A DNA stretch of 40,014 nt from a virus (IMGVR_UViG_3300044983_000019:1-40014); one strand, 5' to 3'. Counted from the first letter of the stretch, positions 16,043 through 26,377 are shown. The notes: a model not told the origin generated them from the letters alone. A program made the numbers and translations.

Positions 16043-16672
16043 CTACGAAACCTGGCTCATAGTGAACAAAGCGTTGTTCTTCAGGACATATGTCCCCGAG
16101 CCGACGATCCGGCTCCACTCCAGTTGGACTGTACCGACAGCAGTAGCAGTAAAAGTGCCATCTACGAAAACGCTCCTTGAGGCATTGGAAGTACCAGTGC
16201 CAGTGCCTAGAGAAGTAGCAACACCAGGGAGCGTAGTCCCAGCTAGCAATGTGTCAGCCTCGGTCGTAGCAGCCCAGTTGGCTACGACAACAACCCTCCA
16301 TGCTGAAGTAGTAGCCGACCCTGCCAGTCTGAAAGCTGGAGTACAAGCCGTAGCATTACCCTGAATAGGGATAGCAGCTCTGAAGACATACGTACCGGGG
16401 AACGGAATAGTCAGCGACAGAGATGTATTCGCACCAGTAGAGATAGCAGATGTATCACCAGTAAGCTGAATCAGCAGTGACCCTACTAGAACATTGTTAG
16501 ATGCATTCCGGTATCTAAGGACACCTGATGTAGATGCATAACCAATGTCACCAGCGTTGGATAGCAGAGTAGAGTCACCAGCCGACGGGAGTGAAATCCT
16601 AGATGGCTGTAGGATACCACCATTAGTCAGGTAGTCAGTATCATGAAACTTCTTCTTAGTTCCAACAGCCAT
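16043..16672 (-). CDS. minor tail/fibre protein
   Basis: Gly/Thr/Ala-rich with a C-terminal beta-sandwich-like domain; end of tail module. Confidence 0.65.
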   Translation of the reverse strand: MAVGTKKKFHDTDYLTNGGILQPSRISLPSAGDSTLLSNAGDIGYASTSGVLRYRNASNNVLVGSLLIQLTGDTSAISTGANTSLSLTIPFPGTYVFRAAIPIQGNATACTPAFRLAGSATTSAWRVVVVANWAATTEADTLLAGTTLPGVATSLGTGTGTSNASRSVFVDGTFTATAVGTVQLEWSRIVGSGTYVLKNNALFTMSQVS

Positions 16673-16678
16673 CGATTA

Positions 16679-17587
16679 TCACCCTACAGCGTTGATACGG
16701 AACTTCGATCTGTCAGCCTGTGACGTACCGAAGTCTACAGTAATGTTCGTAGCATCAGTCTCTACGATTACACCATCGGTAATATCTCTCCAGACAGAAC
16801 CAGTAGTGTTCTCCTGGACCTGAATGACAAGAGTAGACTTACCTAGGCCGTGAGCCTGGACGATAGTAGATCCAGCAGAAGCAGGACCAGTCCAGGTGCG
16901 CCATCTAGCGACTGTAGCGAAGTCTAGAGCGACATCGTCAGCGTTGATAGTGACACCTTCGCCACCATCACCGACAGCGAGCACGCCGGATGCCTCGGTC
17001 AGGCCTGCACCAGCAGCGCCGGAGCCTACTCTGATACCGGCTGAGGACTTGCTCAGCGTAGTGCCATCAAGCTCGATGTTGAAGACTGTACCCGACAGCT
17101 CGATACCATTACCATCTGCTGTATAAGATACACCAGCAGTAATAGAAGTCATCGTTAGACCATTGGTCCCGATGATAGCGGGGTTAGCAGTCTGCATAAA
17201 GACCTTGGTCGCGTTAGCGGTACCAGACTCGACTACTACGAGCAGACCTCTAGCATCTTCACCTACGGGAAGACCTGTGTATCTGACTGGAGTGACACCT
17301 ACGACATAAATGCCGTCTTCAGTAGCGGTCGTCTGCTGGTCGACAAGAACGAGGTCACCAGTAGCTAGGGTAACACCATCAATGGTGTCAGCGTTGTTCA
17401 GTGCCGTCGAGATCGTGATGTTACCAGTAGCACGAGCCTTGACACCGATAGGAGTGCCGATGCCGAGGAGAGCGTTATCGACATAGATCTTAGTAGCAGC
17501 ATGTTGTGCGGATGACGGGTCAGGCAGGTTTACAAGCCGATTGGCAGACTGCATGTCCAAGTCATGTAGGATCTTTTTGGTCCCCAT
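16679..17587 (-). CDS. tail fibre-like structural protein
   Basis: NLPDPSSAQHAATKIYVD, TIDGVTLATGDLVLV.QT...EDGIY fibre motifs. Confidence 0.75.
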   Translation of the reverse strand: MGTKKILHDLDMQSANRLVNLPDPSSAQHAATKIYVDNALLGIGTPIGVKARATGNITISTALNNADTIDGVTLATGDLVLVDQQTTATEDGIYVVGVTPVRYTGLPVGEDARGLLVVVESGTANATKVFMQTANPAIIGTNGLTMTSITAGVSYTADGNGIELSGTVFNIELDGTTLSKSSAGIRVGSGAAGAGLTEASGVLAVGDGGEGVTINADDVALDFATVARWRTWTGPASAGSTIVQAHGLGKSTLVIQVQENTTGSVWRDITDGVIVETDATNITVDFGTSQADRSKFRINAVG

Positions 17588-17916
17588 CAGCTTACAACTA
17601 CCCTTCCGACTTCCGGAGTTGACCCAAAGTCAACCGTGAAGTTATTAGAATCAATCAGAGTGATCAACGTTTCACCCGTAACATCCTCTTCGTTGACGAA
17701 GACAAGGATAGAGATGGGGTCCCTATCATAGTTGTGGGATACGGGCCAACTAGTAGACGGTGTGTTGAATGTAAACGTCTGACTACCACCAGCAGTCCCC
17801 GAAGGTCCCGGAGGACCAGGGGGACCGGGGTAGGCAATCTCAATCTCATTGACTATCTGTTCGATCTGAACTTCGTTGATTACTTGTTCTACCTGGAGAA
17901 AGATCTCTTCACTCAC
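17587..17916 (-). CDS. minor tail protein with short collagen-like repeat
   Basis: GPPGPPGPSG; C-terminal W.VSHN...TVDFG domain. Confidence 0.7.
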   Translation of the reverse strand: MSEEIFLQVEQVINEVQIEQIVNEIEIAYPGPPGPPGPSGTAGGSQTFTFNTPSTSWPVSHNYDRDPISILVFVNEEDVTGETLITLIDSNNFTVDFGSTPEVGRVVVS

Positions 17917-18233
17917 TTGACCTCCAGGACACCCTTAGTAGTATTCTTGATGCCATTAGGGTCAGTGATCTCGAACTTGAATGATCCTGAAGCCAGCCAC
18001 TCTGTAGTGTCGGCATCTTCGATATGGATCTCAATCTTTCCGAGGTTAGCAGTAACGACTAGCTCAGGACTAGAGTCATAGACAGTTTCGACATTGTTGA
18101 TCTTAACGATGAACTTGATAGTGTAACCAGTAAGGTTAACTATAGGACCGGGATTACCGTCCTCATCGCGAGGCCCTCTACATGTCGCTACTATCTGAAG
18201 GTCATCTCCACGCACGGCAGAGAGGGTCGCCAT
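17913..18233 (-). CDS. BppU-like baseplate/fibre adaptor
   Basis: RGDD, VNLTGYTIKF, G.IEIHI, KGVLEV pattern. Confidence 0.6.
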   Translation of the reverse strand: MATLSAVRGDDLQIVATCRGPRDEDGNPGPIVNLTGYTIKFIVKINNVETVYDSSPELVVTANLGKIEIHIEDADTTEWLASGSFKFEITDPNGIKNTTKGVLEVK

Positions 18234-18235
18234 AA

Positions 18236-18496
18236 TTACTCCTGAGGTAGTTCCGGATTCTGCGGCGGTGCGGGGACTGGCGCAGGATTGGCATCACCAG
18301 CAGTAGAGATATTCCACAGCACACAGACGATCGCAGCATAACCAGCGACCTGTGCAACGACGGAGAAATCAACATCCTTGAGGATGCCTGTCTGGACACC
18401 AGTCATAACAGCTACCGCTGCCTGAGCAGCAGTCTTGACTGTACGGATACCTAGATCAATCCAGAATTCTTTGGTGAGTAGAGCAGTCTTAGCCAC
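18236..18496 (-). CDS. holin (r1t-like)
   Basis: FWIDLGIRTVKTAAQAAVA motif; two TM segments. Confidence 0.8.
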   Translation of the reverse strand: MAKTALLTKEFWIDLGIRTVKTAAQAAVAVMTGVQTGILKDVDFSVVAQVAGYAAIVCVLWNISTAGDANPAPVPAPPQNPELPQE

Positions 18497-18737
18497 GATG
18501 TTCTCCTGGGATCATTAGTTTGAGTTGCTGTAGTTCGAGCTTGAGGGCCTTAACATCCGCCTCAAGCTCGGCGATACGAAAGTCGTACCAGTCCTTCTGT
18601 TCTTGAATAAGGCGATGTGCAATCTCTACTTCATTGAGATTAGTCTCGGACTGGACTTTCTTCCGGTTCATAAAGGTAGCGACTGCGCCGCCACCAAATG
18701 CAGAGATGATAATCCCGACGAGACCGATGAGGTCCAT
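18489..18737 (-). CDS. TM plus coiled-coil lysis-associated membrane protein
   Basis: IISAFGGGAVA TM then coiled coil; adjacent to holin. Confidence 0.7.
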   Translation of the reverse strand: MDLIGLVGIIISAFGGGAVATFMNRKKVQSETNLNEVEIAHRLIQEQKDWYDFRIAELEADVKALKLELQQLKLMIPGEHRG

Positions 18738-19414
18738 CAGCCGACCTTAAGAAGAGACAGAACGCCGCCCTTGTCTACGCGAGTAGCAGTAGCATTGCTG
18801 GCTACCTGAGCCCACTGGATCTTACAAGTACCAGCAGTCGAGGAAGTCTGGAACATCATGTTCTGGACGATCAGAGATCTGAATGAACCTACACCACCTG
18901 CACCACATGAACCGACATCAGTAGCCGCGAAGCAGGACAAGTTCAGTACATCAGCAGTGCTGAGATATAGAGCAGTACCACCAGCACCATATGCTGTAGA
19001 GCCAGCAGGAAGGTTGAACTGGAACTTCATGTCACCAGCAGTCGCACCATCGTACTGCATAGTTAGACGAGCAACATAGGTTGAGTTAGCTTCGACGCTC
19101 AGGAATAGATCCTGGTCATCCTGCATAGCAGTGCTTGATGTAACTGATTCGATAGCATTCTTGTAGACATCCCGCCAGATAGCACCAACCCAAAGGCTAC
19201 CGTTATATCGGTACAGTTCACCAGTACCAGTTACGAATGCAACCTGGCCCTGAGTAGGAGCTGTAATAGCTGAGTCTCTGTTACCTGTAGTTGAGTAGAC
19301 CGGAACGAGCTTTGGATCTAGGTCGCTAGCTAGGTTCTGCACAGCAGTCTGTGCATTAGGCGAGTCACTTAGCGTAGGATACCTAAGCGCGTTAATAGCA
19401 GTAGTACCAGACAT
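18737..19414 (-). CDS. minor tail protein
   Basis: MSGTTAINALRYP...RDSAITAPTQGQ...YNGSLW; ATG at 19414 after AAGGA preferred over 19492. Confidence 0.75.
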   Translation of the reverse strand: MSGTTAINALRYPTLSDSPNAQTAVQNLASDLDPKLVPVYSTTGNRDSAITAPTQGQVAFVTGTGELYRYNGSLWVGAIWRDVYKNAIESVTSSTAMQDDQDLFLSVEANSTYVARLTMQYDGATAGDMKFQFNLPAGSTAYGAGGTALYLSTADVLNLSCFAATDVGSCGAGGVGSFRSLIVQNMMFQTSSTAGTCKIQWAQVASNATATRVDKGGVLSLLKVG

Positions 19415-19422
19415 AGGATTCC

Positions 19423-19707
19423 TTAAGCAAGAGTAACGTCGCCGACGACGACACCGATGATGATAAGTCCTGTAGCTGGACTCTTGATACAAAGGACGGT
19501 GTCACCTGACGAGAGTCCTGTGACAGATGCAAGCTTCGGGACGTAACGACTCTCAGCAGTGTCGCCCGTGAGGATGACTTTAGAGAGGTTAGCGTCGACA
19601 GATTCAGCAGCAGTGAAGACACCCTTGCGGAAGTAGCTCTCAGTCTGAGTAGATGAGATCCTGCTGGAGTCGACAATTGCCTGCGCCAGTTTTTCAAAGG
19701 GTGTCAT
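19423..19707 (-). CDS. minor tail protein (small OB-fold-like)
   Basis: GDTVL...IIGVV motif; follows the Tal-like gene. Confidence 0.65.
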   Translation of the reverse strand: MTPFEKLAQAIVDSSRISSTQTESYFRKGVFTAAESVDANLSKVILTGDTAESRYVPKLASVTGLSSGDTVLCIKSPATGLIIIGVVVGDVTLA

Positions 19708-20816
19708 AGGTTCACTACCTGTGCTCTAGTCTCTGCTGACATCTCACCAGATGCGAAGTCGTACGTAAAGCCATCTAGGATATGCAGCTCAGTCTCGCTG
19801 TCGAAGAACTCGAACAGAAGGATATCCCCGACTTCAAGAGCCGGGTTTCTCAAGCTCGTGAACGAGACGGACTTAGCAAGTCCAGTAACCTTACGCAATT
19901 CTGCCATAGCGATAGCAGTACACTGTGCATCTGTAGTAACGGCAGAGTTCTCGATGATCCTTCTAGTCCGGCCAAAGGGACCGTTGTAGTAGGTCGGGGA
20001 ACCAGGGTTCAGGTCATAGACCCTTCCCCATGCCTGCTTACCATTAGTCTTAGTGCCACCACGGCAGACTACTGAGTTGTAAGTATCAGCTCTGGAGATA
20101 CCACGTCTCGCTGAGATCAGGACACCCTGATCGCCTACGTCGACAGTCCATACTGCTGAAGCTTGTGGAGTCGTAGTATCAATGAACGGAGGAGTCACTA
20201 CCTGGACATCACCATTGACATCGAGATAGACCTCACCGCCCATAGCTTCTACCATTGCCCCAATGATGCCCCAAGCATCCATGTCATAGACTGTGCCACC
20301 AGGAAATCTGATGTCAGGAAGTGCTGCAGCAATGTTAGTAGCAACAGTGCCATTCTTGAACACGTCATTGACGACCTGAGGGATCATAGTCTTCGCATAC
20401 TTACCAGAGACATCTAACGAGACGGTGTAGCTGAATCTCTGGAGAGCCTTAGTGCGATCGAAGAATTCGATCTGAGGGATTGAGTCCTGACCTTCATCCC
20501 AGCTAGTCTCTTCGAGATTGAAGACACCCATAGGAACAAGCTCTTCGCCATCGGGGTAGACAACACCTGACTTGATCCTAATCTCAGTCCCATACGGAAT
20601 CAGTAGGTCTGACTTGATAGCAGGAACCAACGAAGGATCTGGGATCGTCAGAGAACCTGACCGTCGAGAGTCACTACCACGAGAGACTCTGATCTGACCT
20701 TCTGAGATAGGGATGTCACTGGCGACTAGACTGCCCTCGAAGTAAAGATCGACGACAGTCCTAGTCTTGCCAGAGTTTCTAATACGCTGGAGGAAACGAT
20801 CACTGACTGTATACAT
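19704..20816 (-). CDS. minor tail/baseplate hub protein (DUF5047-like)
   Basis: MYTVSDRF, PYGTEI, VPMGVF, YNSVV, SPTYYNGPFG, NPALEVGD motifs. Confidence 0.8.
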   Translation of the reverse strand: MYTVSDRFLQRIRNSGKTRTVVDLYFEGSLVASDIPISEGQIRVSRGSDSRRSGSLTIPDPSLVPAIKSDLLIPYGTEIRIKSGVVYPDGEELVPMGVFNLEETSWDEGQDSIPQIEFFDRTKALQRFSYTVSLDVSGKYAKTMIPQVVNDVFKNGTVATNIAAALPDIRFPGGTVYDMDAWGIIGAMVEAMGGEVYLDVNGDVQVVTPPFIDTTTPQASAVWTVDVGDQGVLISARRGISRADTYNSVVCRGGTKTNGKQAWGRVYDLNPGSPTYYNGPFGRTRRIIENSAVTTDAQCTAIAMAELRKVTGLAKSVSFTSLRNPALEVGDILLFEFFDSETELHILDGFTYDFASGEMSAETRAQVVNL

Positions 20817-20824
20817 GTTCCCTC

Positions 20825-21766
20825 TCAGTGTGGATAGTGAGTACCTTGTAGCACCTCAAGCCAAGTAGCGTTGCCATCAAGGACTGCCTGCCACGTTGCG
20901 TAAGCGTTGAGAACATCTTGCCAAGTAGTGCTCGTAACTCCAACATCACCTGTCGGAGGACGATCAGTCTCTACCCAGTTGACAGTGCATTGCCATACAG
21001 GAGCAAGCCAGTCAGCATCAGTAAGATACGTAGTGACTGTTCCTAGGTTGCCATGGATGCCGAGGGTCTGAGGAGATGCTCGTTCCCAAGAGACGTCTTC
21101 AATATTCATGAAGAGATCTTTGATGCCAGAACTCTTATAGAGGACTGACTGGAACAAGTAGACATCGCCCTCATCAAGAAGGGCTTCATACTCGGTCTGA
21201 GTAGCTAGCGAAGTCGCACCAGGAAGGTTGCCAACAAGGAAGGCGAACGAACCCTTCCGACCACCCATGACGTCCATCGTGTTGACTGGATTCTTCCGTC
21301 CTAGGACTGAGCTTGACGACAGGATTCGACCTTGTCTTGTATACGTCTTGAAGTCAGCAATGACTACCGCCCGGGAGAGTGACGGAGTGTTGACAGACTT
21401 CAGATAAGCAGTAGCCATGTCCTGCAATGAGCTAGTCGTCATAGCAGTAGTAGCAGGGAAGAAGTAGCCAGGAGCAGGGATGTTGTATGTAACCGTAGTA
21501 CTGAGGACCCCAGAGGTCCACATCTCTAGACGGTACTGATAGTTGTGATAGCTGAACGGAGCTTCATAATCCGAACCCGCTGCTGTAGCAGCAGTCTGTG
21601 GCTGAAGATCCAGACCTCTCACTACAGCATCGGGAAGGACCCCTGAAAGGTCCCGACGTACGACTCTGAAGTGTGTCCACGAGCCAGTGCTGTCGAGACC
21701 AGTCAAGGCGATATCAAACCCTGGACTCTGGAGGTCTTGATTGTGTGTCGCTGTAATAGCAGCCAT
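20825..21766 (-). CDS. distal tail (Dit-like) protein
   Basis: Directly after tape measure; DYEAPF, VLGRKNP, TWQDV..Y.TW motifs. Confidence 0.75.
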   Translation of the reverse strand: MAAITATHNQDLQSPGFDIALTGLDSTGSWTHFRVVRRDLSGVLPDAVVRGLDLQPQTAATAAGSDYEAPFSYHNYQYRLEMWTSGVLSTTVTYNIPAPGYFFPATTAMTTSSLQDMATAYLKSVNTPSLSRAVVIADFKTYTRQGRILSSSSVLGRKNPVNTMDVMGGRKGSFAFLVGNLPGATSLATQTEYEALLDEGDVYLFQSVLYKSSGIKDLFMNIEDVSWERASPQTLGIHGNLGTVTTYLTDADWLAPVWQCTVNWVETDRPPTGDVGVTSTTWQDVLNAYATWQAVLDGNATWLEVLQGTHYPH

Positions 21767-24700
21767 TAGACCTTCTTTCCAGCCTTCAGGATTGTAGCAA
21801 TACCATTTGTAGCCTGTGCTACACGACCATCAACGATCCGACAAATCTCTTCGTCGCCGATCTTGATGATGTACGTGTCGCCTCCACCACCACGGATACG
21901 ATCCTCAAGCGCTTTACCCTGAGAAGGATTGAGCATCATCTCAGTCCTGCCAGTACTGTTGCGAATGAAGTGATCTCCAGGACCAACTGGACCACCGAAG
22001 TCATAACCTCTTGGAGGCATGTTCGGGTTAGCCTGTTGCACCTTGAAGATGCTGCCGTAACGGTGTTTGATATAGTTAATCGCAGCAGCGATGTTAGCTA
22101 CCGGATCATAGATATCCCACGAGGTACCTGGTTGGTGATTAGCCTTGAACGTAGAACCGATGACCTGCATCAGACCACGAGACGGATCTCCATGCTGAGC
22201 ATTGATGTCATTCAGGTTGATAGCCCGAGGGTTACCACCAGACTCTCTCTGCATGATCGTCATGATCCCAGAAGCCCAGTTAGTAGGCACATGAGTCATG
22301 CTCATAGCCAGCCCAACAGCCTTAGCCCAACGACCTACACCTGCACCAGCATAACGTCCACCACCGAGCATCATCTCCATAGCTGCCTTAGTAGCAGCGA
22401 TGTGGACGTGATCGAAGTGATCTGCTTCAGTAGCAGCACCATAGAACCCTCTTGGAACCCGGTTACCATTCTTGACGAAGTAACCAGAACCACCGGAGTA
22501 GATCTCTTCTAGCAGACCACCAGAGTTCTTGTACCAGTACTTAGCGATCTGACCAAGGTTCCCAACGAAGTCTACGGCGTTACCAGTCATATGGTAGTCA
22601 CCGTTAGGTGCGTTAGGATCGATCGCCTTAGATCTGTATGAAGATGACACGCCGAATGGAATGCCAGCTTTCTGCATGAACTTGACGATCAGTGGTACTG
22701 CGCCACCAAGGCCACCCTGATAGAACGAACTAGCAGCAGGAGCAATATCGTGTTCCTTGATCGACTTGACCAGGCCCTCTACGATCTTCGTAGGGATATT
22801 GCGAATGTCCTGCATCCAGGGCGTGCCGCCCTTGAGTTCAGAACCGTTAATCATCTTCTTAACGAGACCGAACGCAGGACCCAATGTCTTCATAAAGGCA
22901 CCGGGGATCAGCCTTGAACCAACGCCAGCAAGTGCACCAGCTACTCGTCCGACGACACCGCCGTCTGCGTAGTGGCTAGCACCAGCCATACCGAGGAGAG
23001 CATTGATACCATTGTGACCACCAAGTGCTGAGACTTGGTCGAGACTTAGGACTCTCTCACCAGCAGTAGCGTAGATCGGAACCCAATCGCCAACGGACTT
23101 GCTGCCAGGAACCTGACCACCAGTAGACATGTGCACTGGCTGGAGAGCCTTGCCACCGAACTTGCTAGCGACAGCATTCCAGATCGGCAGGATGCCCTTG
23201 TCGTAGACAGTCTCAATCAGGAACGTAACAGGGTCCTTGAAGATCTTACCGAGCTTGTCCCAATGGGACTTAATCCCAGCGACCATGTCCTTGAAGTGGG
23301 TAATGGTCCAGTCTTTGATCTTCACCCATACATCAATCCACGTATGTGTGAGCTTGTAAAGCGCCAAGACTGACGAGATCTGGAAATCCCAGATCCTCTT
23401 CATCAGTGATGAGATCCACTTGTAAACAGACTTGATCATTTCGATCACGCCGGTCATGTATCTGATCCATACAGTGAGGACGTCGATCCACATTGCCCAA
23501 GCATGGACAGCGTTAGCAATCGCACCAGCGAAGGCTGTGCCTAGCCACGTGCCAAAGGACTTCAGATCCTTGAAGCCAAGAGCATGAGCCATATCTGTAA
23601 GTGCAGGCATTAGATGTGTGTTGACTGCATCGGCTGCGTCATGGAAGGCGGGGACTACCCACTTGTACCAACCCTGTTTGAAGCCAGCAATGAATGCAGC
23701 GACCATATCTCGGAATTGCTTTGAATTCTGGTATAGAGCGAAGAGCCCAACAGCGGCAGCACCGACACCAAGGATTAGCAAACCACTTGGATTGAACAGA
23801 AGACCAGCAGCAGCGACGATGCCGTTAAGCATCGAACCTACGCCACCAAAGACAGTCAGCAATGGTCCAGCAGCAGCAAGAATACCAACAGTCTTGATGA
23901 TCTCTTGCTTCTTCTGTGGCTGCCAGCCGTCCCAGACTTTCTTCCAGTCCTTGATCTTCAGAATTAGCCTATCGAGACTTCTTAGTGCATCATCGATATG
24001 CTGAACGAAGTAGGTAATGACTTCCTTGATAACAGGCTCTAGAGCATGAAGTGCTTGCTTAATCTTAGGGAAGTTCTTGAGGAAGCCCATAGCAAGCTGG
24101 GTCTTCATCTGCTCTTTGAGCTGCTCCCACTGAGCGCTCAGGGTCTTAGACCCATCGGCTGCGGCCTTCATGACCTCAGGGAACTTAGCAACCCTACCGA
24201 GGAGCATCTGGAAGACATCAGCAGTGATCTTGCCGTCTTTGACGTCCTGTTGGAATTGCTTCTGAGTCTTACCAGCAGCTTTAGCAAGCAGGTGCCAGAT
24301 AGGAATCTGTTCACCGATCTGCTGAGTCAGTTCCTCGCTGTATGCTCTTCCCTTACGGATAACCTGAGTAACACCAAGGATAGCCTTCTGAGCATCAGGA
24401 CCATGAACACCATACGCTCGGAAGATAGCATCGATAGAGTCATAGGTCTTCTCGGCTTGCTTGACGTCAGTGCCAGCACCGACTAGATCCTGGACGAACT
24501 TGAGCGCGTCCTCAGGACCGAACACAGGGCTGGCCTGAGCCTTCTTGATCAGCCTGTCGACAAGCTTCTCTACTTTGATACCAGCAGGCAGAAGACCCTT
24601 CAGTCTGACAGTCGCATCTTCGATGTTCATCGCGGCCTGGAGGCCGAACTTAGTCATCAGTGCTGTAGCAGCAGCAAGAGGACCAGTCACGAACGCTGTA

Positions 24701-25077
24701 ATCGTAGTACCAGCTACACCGAACTGGAACGCGGTCAGACCGACTTGGCGACCTAGCCCTGAGATGCCCTTCGAGATGTTGTTCATGTGTTTAAGGACGG
24801 GAGAGACCGCACCCTTTAGAGCTTGTGTCGAACGAGTAAACTTCGACTGGCTCTGAGTTGCAAAGTCATAGTCCTTCGCCATCCCACGGACACCAGCACG
24901 TAGGCCCTGGAAGTCCTGCTTCATTACGCCACCGAGGTGACTGGTACCAGCAAGCTGTGCCTGCATCTGCTTCTGGAAGGATGTAGCCGACTTTCTAGCT
25001 TCCTTCAGAAGCGCAGAGTTATCTACCTTGGGCTGGAATTCAATATAAGCTGATGCGAGGCGAATGCCATCAAACAT
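21766..25077 (-). CDS. tape measure protein with C-terminal peptidase-like and lytic transglycosylase domains
   Basis: 1103 aa; SEELTQQIGE tape-measure motif; HMTGNAVD..HFDHVH; RESGGNPRAIN...GLMQVI. Confidence 0.92.
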   Translation of the reverse strand: MFDGIRLASAYIEFQPKVDNSALLKEARKSATSFQKQMQAQLAGTSHLGGVMKQDFQGLRAGVRGMAKDYDFATQSQSKFTRSTQALKGAVSPVLKHMNNISKGISGLGRQVGLTAFQFGVAGTTITAFVTGPLAAATALMTKFGLQAAMNIEDATVRLKGLLPAGIKVEKLVDRLIKKAQASPVFGPEDALKFVQDLVGAGTDVKQAEKTYDSIDAIFRAYGVHGPDAQKAILGVTQVIRKGRAYSEELTQQIGEQIPIWHLLAKAAGKTQKQFQQDVKDGKITADVFQMLLGRVAKFPEVMKAAADGSKTLSAQWEQLKEQMKTQLAMGFLKNFPKIKQALHALEPVIKEVITYFVQHIDDALRSLDRLILKIKDWKKVWDGWQPQKKQEIIKTVGILAAAGPLLTVFGGVGSMLNGIVAAAGLLFNPSGLLILGVGAAAVGLFALYQNSKQFRDMVAAFIAGFKQGWYKWVVPAFHDAADAVNTHLMPALTDMAHALGFKDLKSFGTWLGTAFAGAIANAVHAWAMWIDVLTVWIRYMTGVIEMIKSVYKWISSLMKRIWDFQISSVLALYKLTHTWIDVWVKIKDWTITHFKDMVAGIKSHWDKLGKIFKDPVTFLIETVYDKGILPIWNAVASKFGGKALQPVHMSTGGQVPGSKSVGDWVPIYATAGERVLSLDQVSALGGHNGINALLGMAGASHYADGGVVGRVAGALAGVGSRLIPGAFMKTLGPAFGLVKKMINGSELKGGTPWMQDIRNIPTKIVEGLVKSIKEHDIAPAASSFYQGGLGGAVPLIVKFMQKAGIPFGVSSSYRSKAIDPNAPNGDYHMTGNAVDFVGNLGQIAKYWYKNSGGLLEEIYSGGSGYFVKNGNRVPRGFYGAATEADHFDHVHIAATKAAMEMMLGGGRYAGAGVGRWAKAVGLAMSMTHVPTNWASGIMTIMQRESGGNPRAINLNDINAQHGDPSRGLMQVIGSTFKANHQPGTSWDIYDPVANIAAAINYIKHRYGSIFKVQQANPNMPPRGYDFGGPVGPGDHFIRNSTGRTEMMLNPSQGKALEDRIRGGGGDTYIIKIGDEEICRIVDGRVAQATNGIATILKAGKKV

Positions 25078-25079
25078 GT

Positions 25080-25493
25080 CTAGCCTCCAAACAGCTGTTT
25101 AATGTCCTCAGCGTTACCAAACTTGATCTCGGGTTTTGCTGCTTCCTCTTCACCAGGTCGCGTAATCAGATCTGGTGGTTTATTAAAGAATGAGTCGGGC
25201 ACGCCGCCCGCCTTTGCTATTGCGCATGATAGCCATACGAGTTTGTTCAAGAGATCGAGCTGATCGCAGAGGAAGTGTTCTGTCTGACCCCAACGGGCCT
25301 TATCCTTACCTAGCTTCTGCATCAATCTAGATTCACGAGGCAAGCCTCTATATGCCAAGATCAGACGCCGGAGAGACAATGTGCCTCTCCAGAAGTCCAA
25401 CAGATCGATAGACCCCTTGTAGGTGTCCAGAAGGTCTAGTTCTAGACACCCACAAAGTTCCTCGTCGTGCAGGATCTTAGCGAGGCTGATCAT
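25080..25493 (-). CDS. tail assembly chaperone, -1 frameshift extension
   Basis: -1 frame relative to 25490..25762, entered at GGGGGAA. Confidence 0.8.
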   Translation of the reverse strand: MISLAKILHDEELCGCLELDLLDTYKGSIDLLDFWRGTLSLRRLILAYRGLPRESRLMQKLGKDKARWGQTEHFLCDQLDLLNKLVWLSCAIAKAGGVPDSFFNKPPDLITRPGEEEAAKPEIKFGNAEDIKQLFGG

Positions 25494-25762
25494 TCCCCCA
25501 GTTCAGAACCAAAAGCCTTGCTAGCTGCACCTACCAGCTCATTGAGCTGTTCCATAGTCTTGAGCTTACCAGCCTTACGCAGCTTCGCATATACTTCCTC
25601 GCCTACCAATTCCTTAGCAGCCTTGGTGATATGACCATCGTCGTAATGCTCTAGCAGGCCGACTACGTCTAGCTCAGGGTTGAGCACGTAGGTCACGCCA
25701 TCAAACTCATAGGTCTTCTCGCCGTCAGTCGCTTCGACTTCGGCAGAGGTCTTGTCAGCCAT
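25490..25762 (-). CDS. tail assembly chaperone
   Basis: Between tail tube and tape measure; ends CTG GGG GAA TGA. Confidence 0.85.
   Translation of the reverse strand: MADKTSAEVEATDGEKTYEFDGVTYVLNPELDVVGLLEHYDDGHITKAAKELVGEEVYAKLRKAGKLKTMEQLNELVGAASKAFGSELGE
25493..25499 (-). other. programmed -1 frameshift slippery site GGGGGAA
   Basis: Immediately before the chaperone stop; the -1 frame stays open to 25080. Confidence 0.8.
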
Positions 25763-25801
25763 CTTTTACCCCTTCTAGGGACTAATACGATCCTGAATCT
25801 A

Positions 25802-26377
25802 TCAGGAATAAAGGTCGAGGTTGTTCGAGAAGTGTGAACCGAACGAGCCGTTGAAGTCGTTAACGGAATAGGTCAGGCCCGGCTTGACATTGTCAGTTCT
25901 CATGAGCTGGAAGACTTCACGGTCACCGAGGATGCCACGAGGGAAATAGAAGCGGTTAGCTGCACCGACATCGTCAGTCCAGTCAACTACTAGCGCGACG
26001 GTCAGAGCAGAGATAGTGATGTTCGACGGGAGGTCCATCTTCGAGCCACCAGCAGCAAGCTGCGTAGTAGCACCACCGAAGAAGTACGTCGACAGAACAG
26101 TCTTGTTAACCTGCATCATCTTAAACGCGACTTCGAAGTCGACTGAGTTAACAGTCCGCTTCAGCCGAGCTGCGGTCTGCCATGCCCGTACATCGCCAAG
26201 GTCGACGGTCGGGGTGATAGACACGCCGTCTTCGTCGATATAGCCAACGTCATACCAGGCTGTGGTGAGCGCAGTCGTTGCGTCAGTCGGAGCTGCCGAG
26301 CCAGTCGGCGCAAAATAGACGTGACCAGACGGAGCGTATCGCACCTGATCAACGTTAATGCCACCTAGTGCGGCCAT
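25802..26377 (-). CDS. major tail (tube) protein
   Basis: GHVYFAPTG.AAPTD, VGYIDEDGV, VRAWQ; ends in Ser. Confidence 0.9.
   Translation of the reverse strand: MAALGGINVDQVRYAPSGHVYFAPTGSAAPTDATTALTTAWYDVGYIDEDGVSITPTVDLGDVRAWQTAARLKRTVNSVDFEVAFKMMQVNKTVLSTYFFGGATTQLAAGGSKMDLPSNITISALTVALVVDWTDDVGAANRFYFPRGILGDREVFQLMRTDNVKPGLTYSVNDFNGSFGSHFSNNLDLYS

Noticed and set aside
25493-25499. Tail chaperone frameshift as a novelty
   Set aside because: Well-known conserved feature of long-tailed phages; listed as a feature only.
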